Positions 51,771 through 64,000 of a DNA stretch of 64,000 nucleotides are shown one piece after another. The notes under the pieces were generated by a model. That model worked only from the letters and a program-made list of their open reading frames with translations. It was not told the DNA's origin and ran no database searches. Origin of the DNA: Octopus bimaculoides (taxonomy: Eukaryota). Position numbers and translations under genes: made by a program. Positions within the stretch are counted from its first letter, which is position 1; every line of letters begins with the position of its first letter. Where the stretch lies: contig NC_068985.1 of NCBI RefSeq assembly GCF_001194135.2, forward strand, positions 99,827,093 to 99,891,092, written 5' to 3'.

Positions 51771-53583
51771 CTGTCTCCCTACACGTCATTAATATTCACT
51801 AAAGCTATACTCTAAAGAAAATATAAGGCATAACGTAAGGTCCTTCTGTGTTTTGTTTTTTAAATGATATCAAAATTTGTAAGAAGCATCATCGTACATT
51901 GCTTACTTAAACACGGAAAATCAATTGTTCAAGTGCATTTTCGCGGTGAAAATACAACAGGTTGCTCTCATCGTAGAGAATAAGTATATCAATAAATTCG
52001 TTTCGTAAACCATGGTTTCGATAGCATCTCTGTAAAACTAATGTGCCTGGTTGAAAGTTATGAATGGACATAACCACAGACACACATGCATACATACAAA
52101 CATACATACATACTGCATAAATACAGACATNNNNNNNNNNTATATATATACATACATACATGCATACGTAAGTACAAATGCACATATACCCCCCACATAT
52201 ATATGTATATATACAAAAATACGTATATACATATGTGTGTGTGTTTGTGTGAGATTGTAAAGTATCTAAGCATAAATGTATATATTTACTAACATAATAT
52301 TACACAGAAGTATAGTCGTGTATTGGAACTGCAGGCAAATCTCTATAGCCACTTGTGATTTGTAAATTCAACACCAAATCTTATAATACATGAAATATGC
52401 TGTAAAGTGCTTCTTTAAAACTTTTCTTACTGCATGATTGATCTTGGAAGAGATAAAATGTAAAACACGTGGGAAAATGAACACTTTAATTTTTATATGA
52501 CGTTTGAAATTGATTTTTAAGTAAATTGCACTAGATATTTCAAACATATTAAGCATAACAGGACGCATAAGGGTCCCATGCAATGTGCAAAGTATGATGT
52601 AGAAAATCCCCTACAAGCCCTGTTAAAAAATTAGTTAGAAACAGTTATAAAACTAAGGACCGATGAATTAGGTGGGTGTTTTAATTTCATTTCAATTTAA
52701 ATACTTAAATGATATGATAATTTTCAACGTTTCAACATGTACTTGTCGAATGAATTCTTTGATAATTAGGCGAGGTTTTTATAACATTCACAGTTATGTT
52801 TTTTTTTCTTTCTGCTGTACATAGCTGGCAACATTTGCAGCCATTGTCATAAGTTCTAAAATATTAAGAGGTTTGCTATATGTAATTAGATTAAATTGTT
52901 GCTTTGTTGTAGTCGATAAACCTAGAAGAAGCAAAGTGTTGATGTGTCATATGCAAAAGTGTCCTTTACCTTTTCTATATCACATTTTCTATTGTATTAT
53001 GTGCATTTGATACGGTAGAGCTAATTACGGTGTCATACATTAGTGACACAATATATATACATATATATATTTATATATATATATATATNNNNNNNNNNNN
53101 NNNNNNNNNNNNNNNNNNNNNNNNNNNNNNNNNNNNNNNNNNNNNNNNNNNNNNNNNNNNNNNNNNNNNNNNNNNNNNNNNNNNNNNNNNNNNNNNNNNN
53201 NNNNNNNNNNNNNNNNNNNNNNNNNNNNNNNNNNNNNNNNNNNNNNNNNNNNNNNNNNNNNNNNNNNNNNNNNNNNNNNNNNNNNNNNNNNNNNNNNNNN
53301 NNNNNNNNNNNNNNNNNNNNNNNNNNNNNNNNNNNNNNNNNNNNNNNNNNNNNNNNNNNNNNNNNNNNNNNNNNNNNNNNNNNNNNNNNNNNNNNNNNNN
53401 NNNNNNNNNNNNNNNNNNNNNNNNNNNNNNNNNNNNNNNNNNNNGCAAAGTGTTGATGTGTCATATGCAAAAGTGTCCTTTACCTTTTCTATATCACATT
53501 TTCTATTGTATTATGTGCATTTGATACGGTAGAGCTAATTACGGTGTCATACATTAGTGACACAATATATATACATATATATA

Positions 53584-53678
53584 CGTCTACCAAATCCACC
53601 CACAACGTTTTGGTCGGCCCGAGATTATCGTAGAAGACCTTTCCCAAGGTGCCACGCAGTGGGACTGAACCCGAACCC
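53584..53678 (-). mobile_element. SINE family A fragment
   Basis: cgtctaccaaatccacccacaa...ccaaggtgccacgcagtgggactgaacc. Confidence 0.75.
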
Positions 53679-53964
53679 ATACGAACTATTGGACAACGGA
53701 TATGATGGAAGATGATATTTTCTTATCGTTTGTGAGAACTCGAAAGCATTTGGGAGGCTCAGAAAAAATCACTTTACCACTCTGTTACGGAGATGTTTCT
53801 TTAATGCGTTTATGACACCGTTTCAAAGGAAGAATATGACACTTGAATAACTTCAAAACTTTCTATATCCTGTACATGTACACCGAAACTACATTTTGAA
53901 ACGAGGTAAGCATATAAAGCTAATTACTGTAGAATACAAGAAAATTACTTTCAATTTCTAACAG

Positions 53965-54027
53965 GTAACAGTTTCTTCTGTTACATTTCCATGCTCTCTA
54001 TTAGCAGATTCGGATGCCATAGTCCAG
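53965..54027 (+). CDS. Putative coding exon 7
   Basis: Acceptor tttcaatttctaacAG|, VTVSSVTFPCSLLADSDAIVQ, donor CAG|GTATGT. Confidence 0.5.
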
Positions 54028-55146
54028 GTATGTTCTATATTTGTAGAGTGATACGATATGATTAGTTAATTAGCAACGCAGCTATTAATATCATATATCA
54101 TGTCCATCGATATAATTTACGTTTAGTCTATTAATTTATTGATGACTTCAAGAATCTTCGTTTTGGAGTCGTGTTATTTTGGAAGAACCGCGTACGAATG
54201 ATTTCGAAAGTCAAATTAAATGAATTCGAGTAGGATTGAAAATAGAAATGAAAAGAAAAAAGGCAGAGAAATTTTGCAGCTAACTTTTTAAACAGAGAGC
54301 ACAGTGTTGCTTTTAACGGATATATTTTGGCAGTTAGCTGCTAATTGCATTGGCAAGGACATCATTTTCGTAATTTCCTGTTCTTGGTAAAAATAAGCGT
54401 TCATTCGAATGTAAGAAATCATAATAATTATGAAGACCAATTGAACACTTATTTTTCCTTTATTTTCAGTGTATATAAAATATGTAATCTTAAATAATGG
54501 ATCAAGACAACGATGGTATATTTTAGCATCATATTCTAAAATTATTAAACATCATCGACCAGCATATGGTTTCATATATGAACGTATCTCCAGTTATACA
54601 TATGCAGAAAACTTGAGCATCGGAATGTAAAATCTGATCATAAAAGAGGAAACAATGTAAATTAAACAAAACAAAGAAAGAAATGTACTGATACGTGTAA
54701 GAAGCATCTCAGAAAAGATTGATTATAGGGAATACAATTTCAGAAATATCTTCTTTTTCTATTATGCTATGTTATGTTATTTTGATTACAGATCGGGAAA
54801 CAAAATGCTTTGTGCATGCGCACAAACATGCATAATAACATGCCAACAAGCGGAGAAATCTTAACTTTTATTCAAACGTATGTATATGTGTAATTGCAAA
54901 TACTAGGGCCATGTACTTATATACATATGTAAACATATGTGCATACGTGTGTGAGTGTGTATACGTGTTTATGGGTGTGTAAAGACTGGATTATGATTAG
55001 GCCTAATCGTATAGCTTTTAAGTATCAGAAATATATACGTGTATACGTACGGTTCGAGATTATAAAGATGCACATATATGTTGCATTTGGATATGGTACA
55101 CGTTGCTCTTTCGATACCTAGATAAACAAAATACAAGTTCTATATA

Positions 55147-55348
55147 CTTTTATTCTTTTACTCTATTATTTGTTTCAGTCAATTGATTGTAGGCCCGCTG
55201 GAGCACGGCGCTTTTTTTTCGAAGAAATCGACCTCTGGGCTTAGCTTATTCTTTGTTAGCCTGGTGCTTATTCTACTGGTCTGTTCTGCCGCACCGCTAA
55301 ATCAGGGGGACGTAAACACACTAATTTCAGTTGTCAAGCGATGGTGAG
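55147..55348 (-). mobile_element. SINE family A, 3' half
   Basis: ttcagtcaattgattg...gctggagcac...ttattctttgttagcctgg...ggggacgtaaacac...ttgtcaagcgatgg. Confidence 0.75.
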
Positions 55349-55941
55349 GTGTGTGTTCGAAACATACGCGTAGGTAAACGCTATTAGTCATTGCGCGATG
55401 ATTGCTATAAACTTTAAGCTTTTAAAACACTATTATTATTATTTACAGAATTGTAAAAAGGGACGCTGCTTAATAAAGCCATATGTATATAAAGAGAAAC
55501 CATAAATATTTAAATGTTATAAAGGGCAAATAATAGACGTGAAGACATCCAAAATCGCTTCTAATTACTTTCATTACACAACATACCTTATAAGATGTAC
55601 GGAAATACAACACATTATGAATTAGACAAAGAGTACTATCAAACTAAAGGATATATATATATATATATAAAAACATGAAAAACATGATTACTTAACACTG
55701 ATAATCCCATAACATTAATAGTTAGTGTTTGTAAAATATAAGAAAGGGTGGGTCTGGATTTCACTGCTAAGATAAATATTTATTGAAACAACCGAAGGAA
55801 TCATTTAACAATTCGGGATTTTTAGGTATATAATCACGGCACAAAAAAGGATTCACAAAAATCATTATCAAATGATGTAGAAGTTCATCCATACATATTA
55901 AGATGCAGGATTCTGAAATACATATTATGTAGAATATCTAG

Positions 55942-55984
55942 ATTTGACGGATATTTGTCCTCATCTTGTTTGCTGTTAACACAA
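55942..55984 (-). mobile_element. Fragment of the Penelope-type unit, 3' of the hammerhead
   Basis: Reverse complement ttgtgttaacagcaaacaagatgaggacaaatatccgtcaaat. Confidence 0.7.
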
Positions 55985-56544
55985 TGAGGTGCCAAGTGAT
56001 CTAAATTGAGAAACTAATGCATGACCACATGGTATATTAACAAGTAACACAAATACATACTTCTAAGTTGTTGATATTATTTATTAACACGCTCTGCTAT
56101 ACTTCGGTGCATGAGGGTGTTTTCGGCTCTTTCAGTGCGAGTGTGTGTCTCTCTGTGTTGGTGCATCTGATAAAAATATAAATATTACTGGAAACACGGT
56201 TACGAGAACAAATATTCCAGTTCATCCGATCAACAGAACTAAATACACCAACCATGAAGCTATGGACCTTCAGATGAGTATGAATAAATGACTGTTTGAT
56301 ATAATCGTACCTAAAACTTTTTACTGTCTAACTTTTCAGCTGCCTTATTTAACAATAAGAATTATCGTAAAGTTCAACACAGTTAAATGAGAAAAACGCA
56401 TTCATCTATTTCTCATCATCGTTCAGACATCTCAGCCCAGATACTCACCTCTGGCAATTCGTTCATCGAACTTCAGCTCATGACAAATATCTTCCTAAGC
56501 AATTGAAATGAAACACTAAAAAATATAGTCATTTAAAAAAACAA

Positions 56545-56698
56545 TTCTATGGCCACGAATTTTGAAAGGATGATTATATTGGCCCCCAGTGCTTGGCTGG
56601 CTACTTATTTTCTCGACCTCGAAAGGATTAAAAGGGTAAGTCAATGTTGATGGTATTTGAACTCAGATCTTAAAGATGGACGTCGTACCGCTAAGCGG
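56545..56698 (-). mobile_element. Degenerate SINE family B
   Basis: ccccagtgcttggctggctacttattttctcgacctcgaaaggatt...tttgaactcaga...taccgctaag. Confidence 0.55.
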
Positions 56699-57477
56699 TA
56701 CCATAATATTTTTTTAAGAGATGTCGGTATTTCATGGGCTGATTCTCTTTGAACTTGAATCGGTTCCGAAGCGGAGAAACAGACGCAAGTAACATATACA
56801 AGAAAAGATTAAGAAATATATATTCAGAGCACTCAAATTGCATTCTTTGGAAAGATTAAGATCGGGAAGGTGAATTCGATATGTAATGATATTAAATTTT
56901 ACTTGTTACAGTAATCGACCGAAGCGTTGCTGAGTACATTTTATATCAAAATTAATTTACCTTTTTTCTTTCAATCTTTCATCTTGACAGTGTTTTAATT
57001 CATCTTTGACTTGCACGCGCGATCGATGAATTTCCATTTTTCTTTACTATTTATCTAATGATAGAATATCACCATATCTTTCATAATAAAGGAAAGCAAC
57101 GTATACACTAAAAACTTGTATGATGTATATATATATGTATATACATATATATATATATATGTGTGTGTCTCTGTGTGTGTGTGTATGTACGTATGTGAGC
57201 GTGTTTGTATGCGTGTTTCANNNNNNNNNNNNNNNNNNNNNNNNNNNNNNNNNNNNNNNNNNNNNNNNNNNNNNNNNNNNNNNNNNNNNNNNNNNNNNNN
57301 NNNNTATGTATATATATGTATAAATATGTATATATATATATATGTGTGTGTCTCTGTGTGTGTGTGTATGTACGTATGTGAGCGTGTTTGTATGCGTGTT
57401 TCATTGCGTGCTGTCTAGTTTCCCCTTTCTTTCTCCCACTTTCTCTATCGTTATCTCTCTGTCATTTTCTCTTTCTT

Positions 57478-57517
<40 letters not shown>

Positions 57518-57528
57518 TCTCTCTCTCT

Positions 57529-57592
<64 letters not shown>

Positions 57593-59190
57593 TGTGTGTG
57601 TGAATGTGTATGTACATATTCATATGTACGCACAAATATATGCACAAACACTCACACAAGCATAGACACACATAAACACACACAAACACATACATATGTA
57701 TATGTATATTGATTAGATGAGAAATGCACGCGAATAATATATTTCTAATACGTGAATCAGTTTAATAAGTTGAGGAAAATGAATAAGATATAAGACGTGT
57801 ATACTAAATAATGAGATGTTGGACAGCAATAAAGTACTTATAATGAGATACTGGTCGCTATATTACGAGCAAAACTGAACTAATGGACAAGGAAATGTCA
57901 CATTTAGTACGGATTAAACTATAAATAGCGTTAACGATGCACAAGTAATACCCAGGTAGGGGTAGTGTACATCAACGTTAGACCAAAGAGAAAATATTGT
58001 TATTAATAGGAGAAAAGACTTAACGAATCTTCTTAGTTCTCATGATTGCGTGTGATTGTGTGTTTCTGCTTTAATTCCTTGTATAATGTATAACCAACTT
58101 CATGTTGGCAGAAGAACTGTGTCTTAATAATGGGAAAACAAAGCACACCCGCTTTTCCCTAAAGTAACCATCTTAAAGATGTCTTGCTACATTCTGAAGA
58201 TTATACAAAACTCATAGACCATCAGACATTGGAAGCAATGAAAAAGTTCTATAAACGGTGTTAGGAATTTGGATATCATACTATAATTGATTGAGGGTTT
58301 CACAGGTGAGAACTGAGTATTCTTTGAGATTTTCACGCCGGAATTTTCACGTAGTGCGCTATTGACTGTATTTTTTTAAATATATCTTTTGATATATCTT
58401 CGTACGTTTCGAAATCCTGGGTGAACTCTTGTAAAAGGCCTTTATGATTAATTCTATATTCATGAGGTGTATACACGGAAATCACCTATTTTTGTAGGAA
58501 ATGTTTCAAACAAGAGTCTTAATTTCATGTTCTCCCTCACGTGTAGGTTATGTGTGACTAATTGCAACTGATCAACTAAAGTTTCGGTACAGATATATTA
58601 CATCCACATTTACTTTATTTAACATATTCACCTCTTATTAAGATGGTAAGTTAAATTCGAAGGCAATGGCTAGCTATAGTTCTTACTTTATAACCGTTCA
58701 GTAAAACAATACCTTTTTATCTCCTGGTCGAAGCATTAGAATTAAAAGATATTATGTCGTAGAATAGGCAGAAAGAGAATGGATACAAATACTGCAGCCA
58801 ATACGCTACAAGATAGGAGAAGGTAAAGTTCCAGGAGAAATGTCAGAAATATAGAATAGGTAGGCTTAAATTGCCTACAGCACTATTTAATCATCTACTG
58901 GAGAAGCATGATATAACACAGTAATGGCTTGCTGGCTGAAAAAGTCATTTTAATATCAATATGACCGCAAGCAATCGTGATTTTAACGAAAAATAGCCAG
59001 TTTGTGTATATCATTCGAAACATTTAACAGCACTATTATTGCAACTGATAAAGTCTCACCTGAAACGAAAAACTACAACATACTTCGAATAAAGTAAAAC
59101 AGGTATAACCACGGCTTGTATAATAATAAATGATAGAAACAGGTAATCAAATTTCTCCCTGGATATATAGGCTGTGCGATATATATGTTT

Positions 59191-59418
59191 CATTATTGCC
59201 AACAGGGGGCTAAACATAGAGTGGACAAACAAGGACAGACAAAGGGATTAAGTCGATTACATCGACCCAGTGTGTAATTGGTACTTATTTCATCGATTCT
59301 GAAAGGGTGAAAATCAAAGTCGACATTGGCGCAATTTGAACTCAGAATGTAACGGCAGGCGAAATACCGTAAAAAGTTTCCTCCGGCGTGCTAACGCTTC
59401 TGCCAGCGTGCTGCCTCC
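59191..59418 (-). mobile_element. SINE family B, variant tail
   Basis: ggggctaaacataga...aagtcgattacatcgacccagtg...ggtacttatttcatcgatt...tttgaactcagaatgtaacggcagg...gtgctaacgcttctgccagc. Confidence 0.8.
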
Positions 59419-59421
59419 ACG

Positions 59422-59466
<45 letters not shown>

Positions 59467-60824
59467 NNNNNNNNNNNNNNNNNNNNNNNNNNNNNNNNNN
59501 NNNNNNNNNNNNNNNNNNNNNNNNNNNNNNNNNNNNNNNNNNNNNNNNNNNNNNNNNNNNNNNNNNNNNNNNNNNNNNNNNNNNNNNNNNNNNNNNNNNN
59601 NNNNNNNNNNNNNNNNNNNNNNNNNNNNNNNNNNNNNNNNNNNNNNNNNNNNNNNNNNNNNNNNNNNNNNNNNNNNNNNNNNNNNNNNNNNNNNNNNNNN
59701 NNNNNNNNNNNNNNNNNNNNNNNNNNNNNNNNNNNNNNNNNNNNNNNNNNNNNNNNNNNNNNNNNNNNNNNNNNNNNNNNNNNNNNNNNNNNNNNNNNNN
59801 NNNNNNNNNNNNNNNNNNNNNNNNNNNNNNNNNNNNNNNNNNNNNNNNNNNNNNNNNNNNNNNNNNNNNNNNNNNNNNNNNNNNNNNNNNNNNNNNNNNN
59901 NNNNNNNNNNNNNNNNNNNNNNNNNNNNNNNNNNNNNNNNNNNNNNNNNNNNNNNNNNNNNNNNNNNNNNNNNNNNNNNNNNNNNNNNNNNNNNNNNNNN
60001 NNNNNNNNNNNNNNNNNNNNNNNNNNNNNNNNNNNNNNNNNNNNNNNNNNNNNNNNNNNNNNNNNNNNNNNNNNNNNNNNNNNNNNNNNNNNNNNNNNNN
60101 NNNNNNNNNNNNNNNNNNNNNNNNNNNNNNNNNTATATATATGTTGGGAATTGTTTTAAAAATAGCCACGAAGGGATACGATATTTAGACCGAGACCGAT
60201 CAACTATTCAAAAATAAATGAATTACTGTACATTAATCGGAAAGTAATGAGGATTTTAAGGGAAAATTACGCTACATAAAATTTATTCCAATAGAGCTAG
60301 ATGCAAATAACGTAATACATATAAAATTACTGGCTGTAACAATGAATCACTTATAGATAACTCATTCTCCACTGGATTCTAAAACAATGCGCAAGTACGA
60401 AAAATAAGCAATATGAGTCCGCGTCGTATATACAGCCCATAATCCTAAATAGAAAGTTCACGTTTACGTTAATACATGAACGTCCATCTTTTCTACAACT
60501 ACAGTATTATTGCAAAATATTAACCCATATATGCCCATAAAAATGACACCTTAAAATTTCACTGTATTTAGATTAAACGTTATGGTAAGCTTTCACTATC
60601 TGGAAGTGAAAGGCATTAGCAATTGTTAGCTACGAGTGTCGACTACCTACTGAACATTTCGTATGCTTAGTGAGATGTTTCCCGGTGAGTTCATGTCCAA
60701 ACAAGTAGGGCAGGTTTTGCGTTGTAAAAACGCAACCAGGTGTATATATGGGTTTTAACAGCAAGACAAACTTTGAATTTAGTAAATAGTCGTTTCTACT
60801 GTAGACGAAAGGACCGAAATTATG

Positions 60825-60972
60825 GGAGAGGAAGCTAGTCGCCCCTAATGGCTGGACGTTATGTTATAGAACCCGAAAGGACGGGATTCAAAGTTGATCT
60901 CGGCAGAATCAGATCTCAGTATGCTAAGCACTTTGTTCGGCTTGCTAACGATTCTGCCAAATTGCCGCCTTA
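60825..60972 (-). mobile_element. Degenerate SINE family B
   Basis: cccgaaagga...caaagttgatctcggcagaat...gctaagca...gctaacgattctgcca. Confidence 0.6.
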
Positions 60973-61619
60973 TATTTAGTAAATGATTTACTTCAAATCG
61001 CTACGAACTACAAGGTGAATCTAATTTCGGTATTCTGGAACAAAATAGGTAATCGTGTATAGAACAAAGAGGAGTGCAACTATTTTTCTGAGGATGGAAA
61101 AACGAAGGACATTTCTAATGATAAATGAAAAGGTTGAAAGGAAAATAAAATTTTGAATTTTCAGGCAAGCAAAGCGATTGCATAACAAATGTAGAGCGAA
61201 ACTGGACATCGTAGATTGACAAAGAAAACAACGCAAAAATCAAACCAGTGAGGTTAAACTGAGTAGATTGAATGAAGTAGATTGTAAAGTCTTACTGTAG
61301 AATTTGTGAAGACTATAATGAAGGAATCTCATTGTTCTCGCTGACAAATTGTGAAAAGTAAATAAAGACACAAGCATAGCAGTGTTGTTCTTTTAACCGT
61401 TTGTTAAAAACTACGACATACGTGTAGACTTACACCAAAAACTATACAATTTAAGTAGACTGCGAAAGGATGCAGAGAATGACAACCGTAATCATACTGT
61501 CAATTGAAGCACACAGGTCGACAAAAGAGATTTGTCCCGACATTGTCAAAGTTCCACAAACGAGATGTTTCCTAATTCATTTCTCAATTCCAACGATAGA
61601 TTGAAGCCTCAGAAATATA

Positions 61620-61850
61620 CGATATACTTCATTGCAGAGAGCTATTATAAGACTTGAATAGAATTCAGTGATTGAGAGCAAATACACGTTGGAGTTAATA
61701 GCTGCTTTAGCATAATAACAAAAGATGCAGACAAGGTTTATGAAAACGGCACGTTTTAGAAATATACACAACACAGAGACAATTGAGAGGTTGAGAAACC
61801 TAGATATATTACATCAATACGTATCAAACCTCAAGCATAGCACATAATCC
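61620..61850 (+). pseudogene. Possible CR1/Jockey-like LINE C-terminal remnant
   Basis: IRLE*NSVI...MQTRFMK...ERLRNLDI weakly resembles LEY.SVVW...VQR.F.K...ERL..L.L. Confidence 0.35.
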
Positions 61851-62493
61851 CAACAGAAATATATGTATTTTGTGCAAAAGAATACAGCCACAAACTCTAA
61901 AAAGAAAGAAAAAAAGAGCATAATTGGCGTGATCAAAGAGAATAAGATGTCGGAAGTAGTCTTATTGGGTTCCTTAAGTAATACCGATGGATTAGAAAAG
62001 ATAACCGAAAGGAATATATGTTTCCGAGAATCGCTTATATAATCAAGATATCAGTAGATAATGGTATACAGGAATTAACAAAATATATCGGATATAACAG
62101 TATTTAAAACATGGAACTGTGTTAGGAAATACGAATGGGAGCCAATGTGGAAAAGAAATATGAATATCATACAGATAAAAGCTTAAAAACCAATCGGAAA
62201 CAACAGTTAAAAATTAAATGGCAAAGAGGAAAAGAAAACCTGCAAGACGTCGACATCGAGAGATAAATAGTAATGATAATACGAGAAAAATAATGAATCT
62301 GATTGAGATATAGTGGTCTGTGTAGACTATCATGCATAGTTGGGCATGTGCGTGTGTGTGTTTGCGTGTGTGTATGTGTGGGCATCATAAAAAGAAGAAT
62401 TAAACGAAAGATAATGAAAAAGTGCATCATCCTAAATATGGGAAATATGTCAAATTAGAAAAAAAGACGTTGCTAACATTAAATTGTGTGATT

Positions 62494-62642
62494 TGAGGCT
62501 TCGAGCTGGCCGAACCGTTGGCAGTCGGGACAAAATGGTTAGTAGCGTTTTCTCCGTTTTTAGATTCTGAGGTGACATTCTGTGGAGGTCAACTTTGCAT
62601 ATCGTCCTTTGGATATCGATGAAATAAGAACCATTCAAGTAC
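62494..62642 (+). mobile_element. Degenerate SINE family B
   Basis: gagctggccgaaccgttgg...gaggtcaactttgcatatcgtcctttgg...tcgatgaaataag. Confidence 0.55.
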
Positions 62643-63559
62643 TTACATGGAAAAGTACGAACACAAAAACGAAACAAAAACAAGAAAAAGATCTGCTGCC
62701 CTGTGTCAAAATTCTAAACCATTAAAATGATTGAATGTAGCAAGGTATTATTACTAGATTTTAAATGAGGACACAAAATTCAAGGTAAATGAAATCTTTA
62801 AATTTCCTTCAAAAGACGCATAGTGCTTTGTTATCTGTCATTATCGGATGGGACGAAGAACAGAATGCACCCTCAAAGCAGTATTCGTGCGAAATATTGG
62901 GAGAGACAAAAGAAAAATTTACAATTTTTTAGCGATCCTACTTCTTCGCTTGGGGGCGTCGACACAACAAAAACATATACTACCTTACCATAGCAGAAAT
63001 CTTTATCACATAACTCACCGAATACAGTAAAAGCAAAAGCAAATCTACAAGCAATCTTCTAATACTGTATGTCATAACATTCATATGCTCATTCAAAACA
63101 TCAATGGTATCTGTGGAATAGACGTAGCGTGTTGTGGGGACTTAATCGGATGTAAATGCCTCCTCTATTCTTAGAGCAAAAATCTCGTAGCATACATAAT
63201 GTAATTAGTCAGAAAACATCGTATGGAGAATCAAAGAAAGAGTCGTAATTAAATCACTTATTCTCTATGTACTCAGTAGAGTCATCTCACCAAGAGAAGT
63301 CATGAATTTGAAGATAGCTCCTAATCGCTTGAACGAATACATATTCTCACTGTCAGAGAGTTTTCGAACTATGTAAAACTATTGGCGATCAAGTCAAAAG
63401 TACACTGGTGCACATGTATATTTAATTATCGCCACACAGGCGGACTGTTTATAAATTCTGCGATTATCGACCTGTCACGCAGAAGGAAAGTATTACATGC
63501 CATGTAATTGATAGACATTCCTTCATTTACTAACCTACAAATAATATACAACCTGTGGC

Positions 63560-63915
63560 AACCATTTGGTCCTGCGAAGCTGACTTTGAAGAAGCGTTAC
63601 TCGATAGCGTGCGTTTCTCGGAGTTCAGAGAGGCACTGTGGACAGAATCACCACCTCTCCGAAATCAGTGATCACAGCTCTGCCTCAACGGACATGTGAT
63701 AAGAATGTCCCAGGAAAGATTCACACGATAAGCTTTAAGAGCAAAACTAATTTGCAGAAAGCCAGTAGACCACGAGAAAGATGTTGGAATGACGGCTATG
63801 ATGTCGGTTGGTCACGTTCGTAGATCCGGCAGAACTCACTGAAAATAGTTGTATCTATCAGGACCAGATGGAAGGCGTGCTTGAAGCATCTGCCCCACGA
63901 CCCTCTAAGAAATTA
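63560..63915 (+). pseudogene. RTE-like LINE 3' coding remnant
   Basis: NGHVIRMSQERFTR*ALRAK.../RPRERWND...GWSRS...RTRWKACLKHLP. Confidence 0.6.
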
Positions 63916-64000
63916 GCCAAAAACCCCCGTGATAGGTGAAAATCCGTGAAGTAGAGACAGTACTGTACTGTATATGTTTCTTAGTTATTTTTATAATTTG

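Noticed and set aside
52931-53582. About 140-bp direct duplication on either side of a gap
   Set aside because: Identical sequence at both contig ends flanking N is best explained as an unmerged overlap or haplotype artefact.
57121-57402. About 100-bp direct duplication across an 84-N gap
   Set aside because: Same assembly artefact pattern.

Overview
AT-rich, gap-ridden eukaryotic scaffold. It is most likely a coleoid cephalopod (Octopus-like), inferred from recalled SINE families, microsatellite density and N-gaps abutting (TA)n tracts. Nearly all long ORFs in the supplied track are artefacts of N-runs or microsatellites. Real content: (1) a probable plus-strand spliced gene of unknown function, reconstructed by eye from phase-compatible exons at 595-733, 6836-6912, 13679-13743, 16892-16913, 39083-39194, 47459-47517 and 53965-54027, including a 22-nt micro-exon and a GC donor; (2) introns packed with three tRNA-derived SINE families, fossils of R4/Dong, HERO-like, RTE and CR1-like LINEs, a hAT transposase fossil and small TA-flanked MITEs; (3) a Tx1/L1-type LINE with (CTAT)n on both sides; (4) most notably, a repeated composite of a tRNA-like Pol III head, an (AAT)n tract and a Penelope-type minimal hammerhead ribozyme unit, present once as a ~0.9-kb palindrome (45168-46053) with a Dong fragment nested in it. 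All hammerhead copies here have mutated cores. No rRNA, genuine tRNA gene or CRISPR array was seen.
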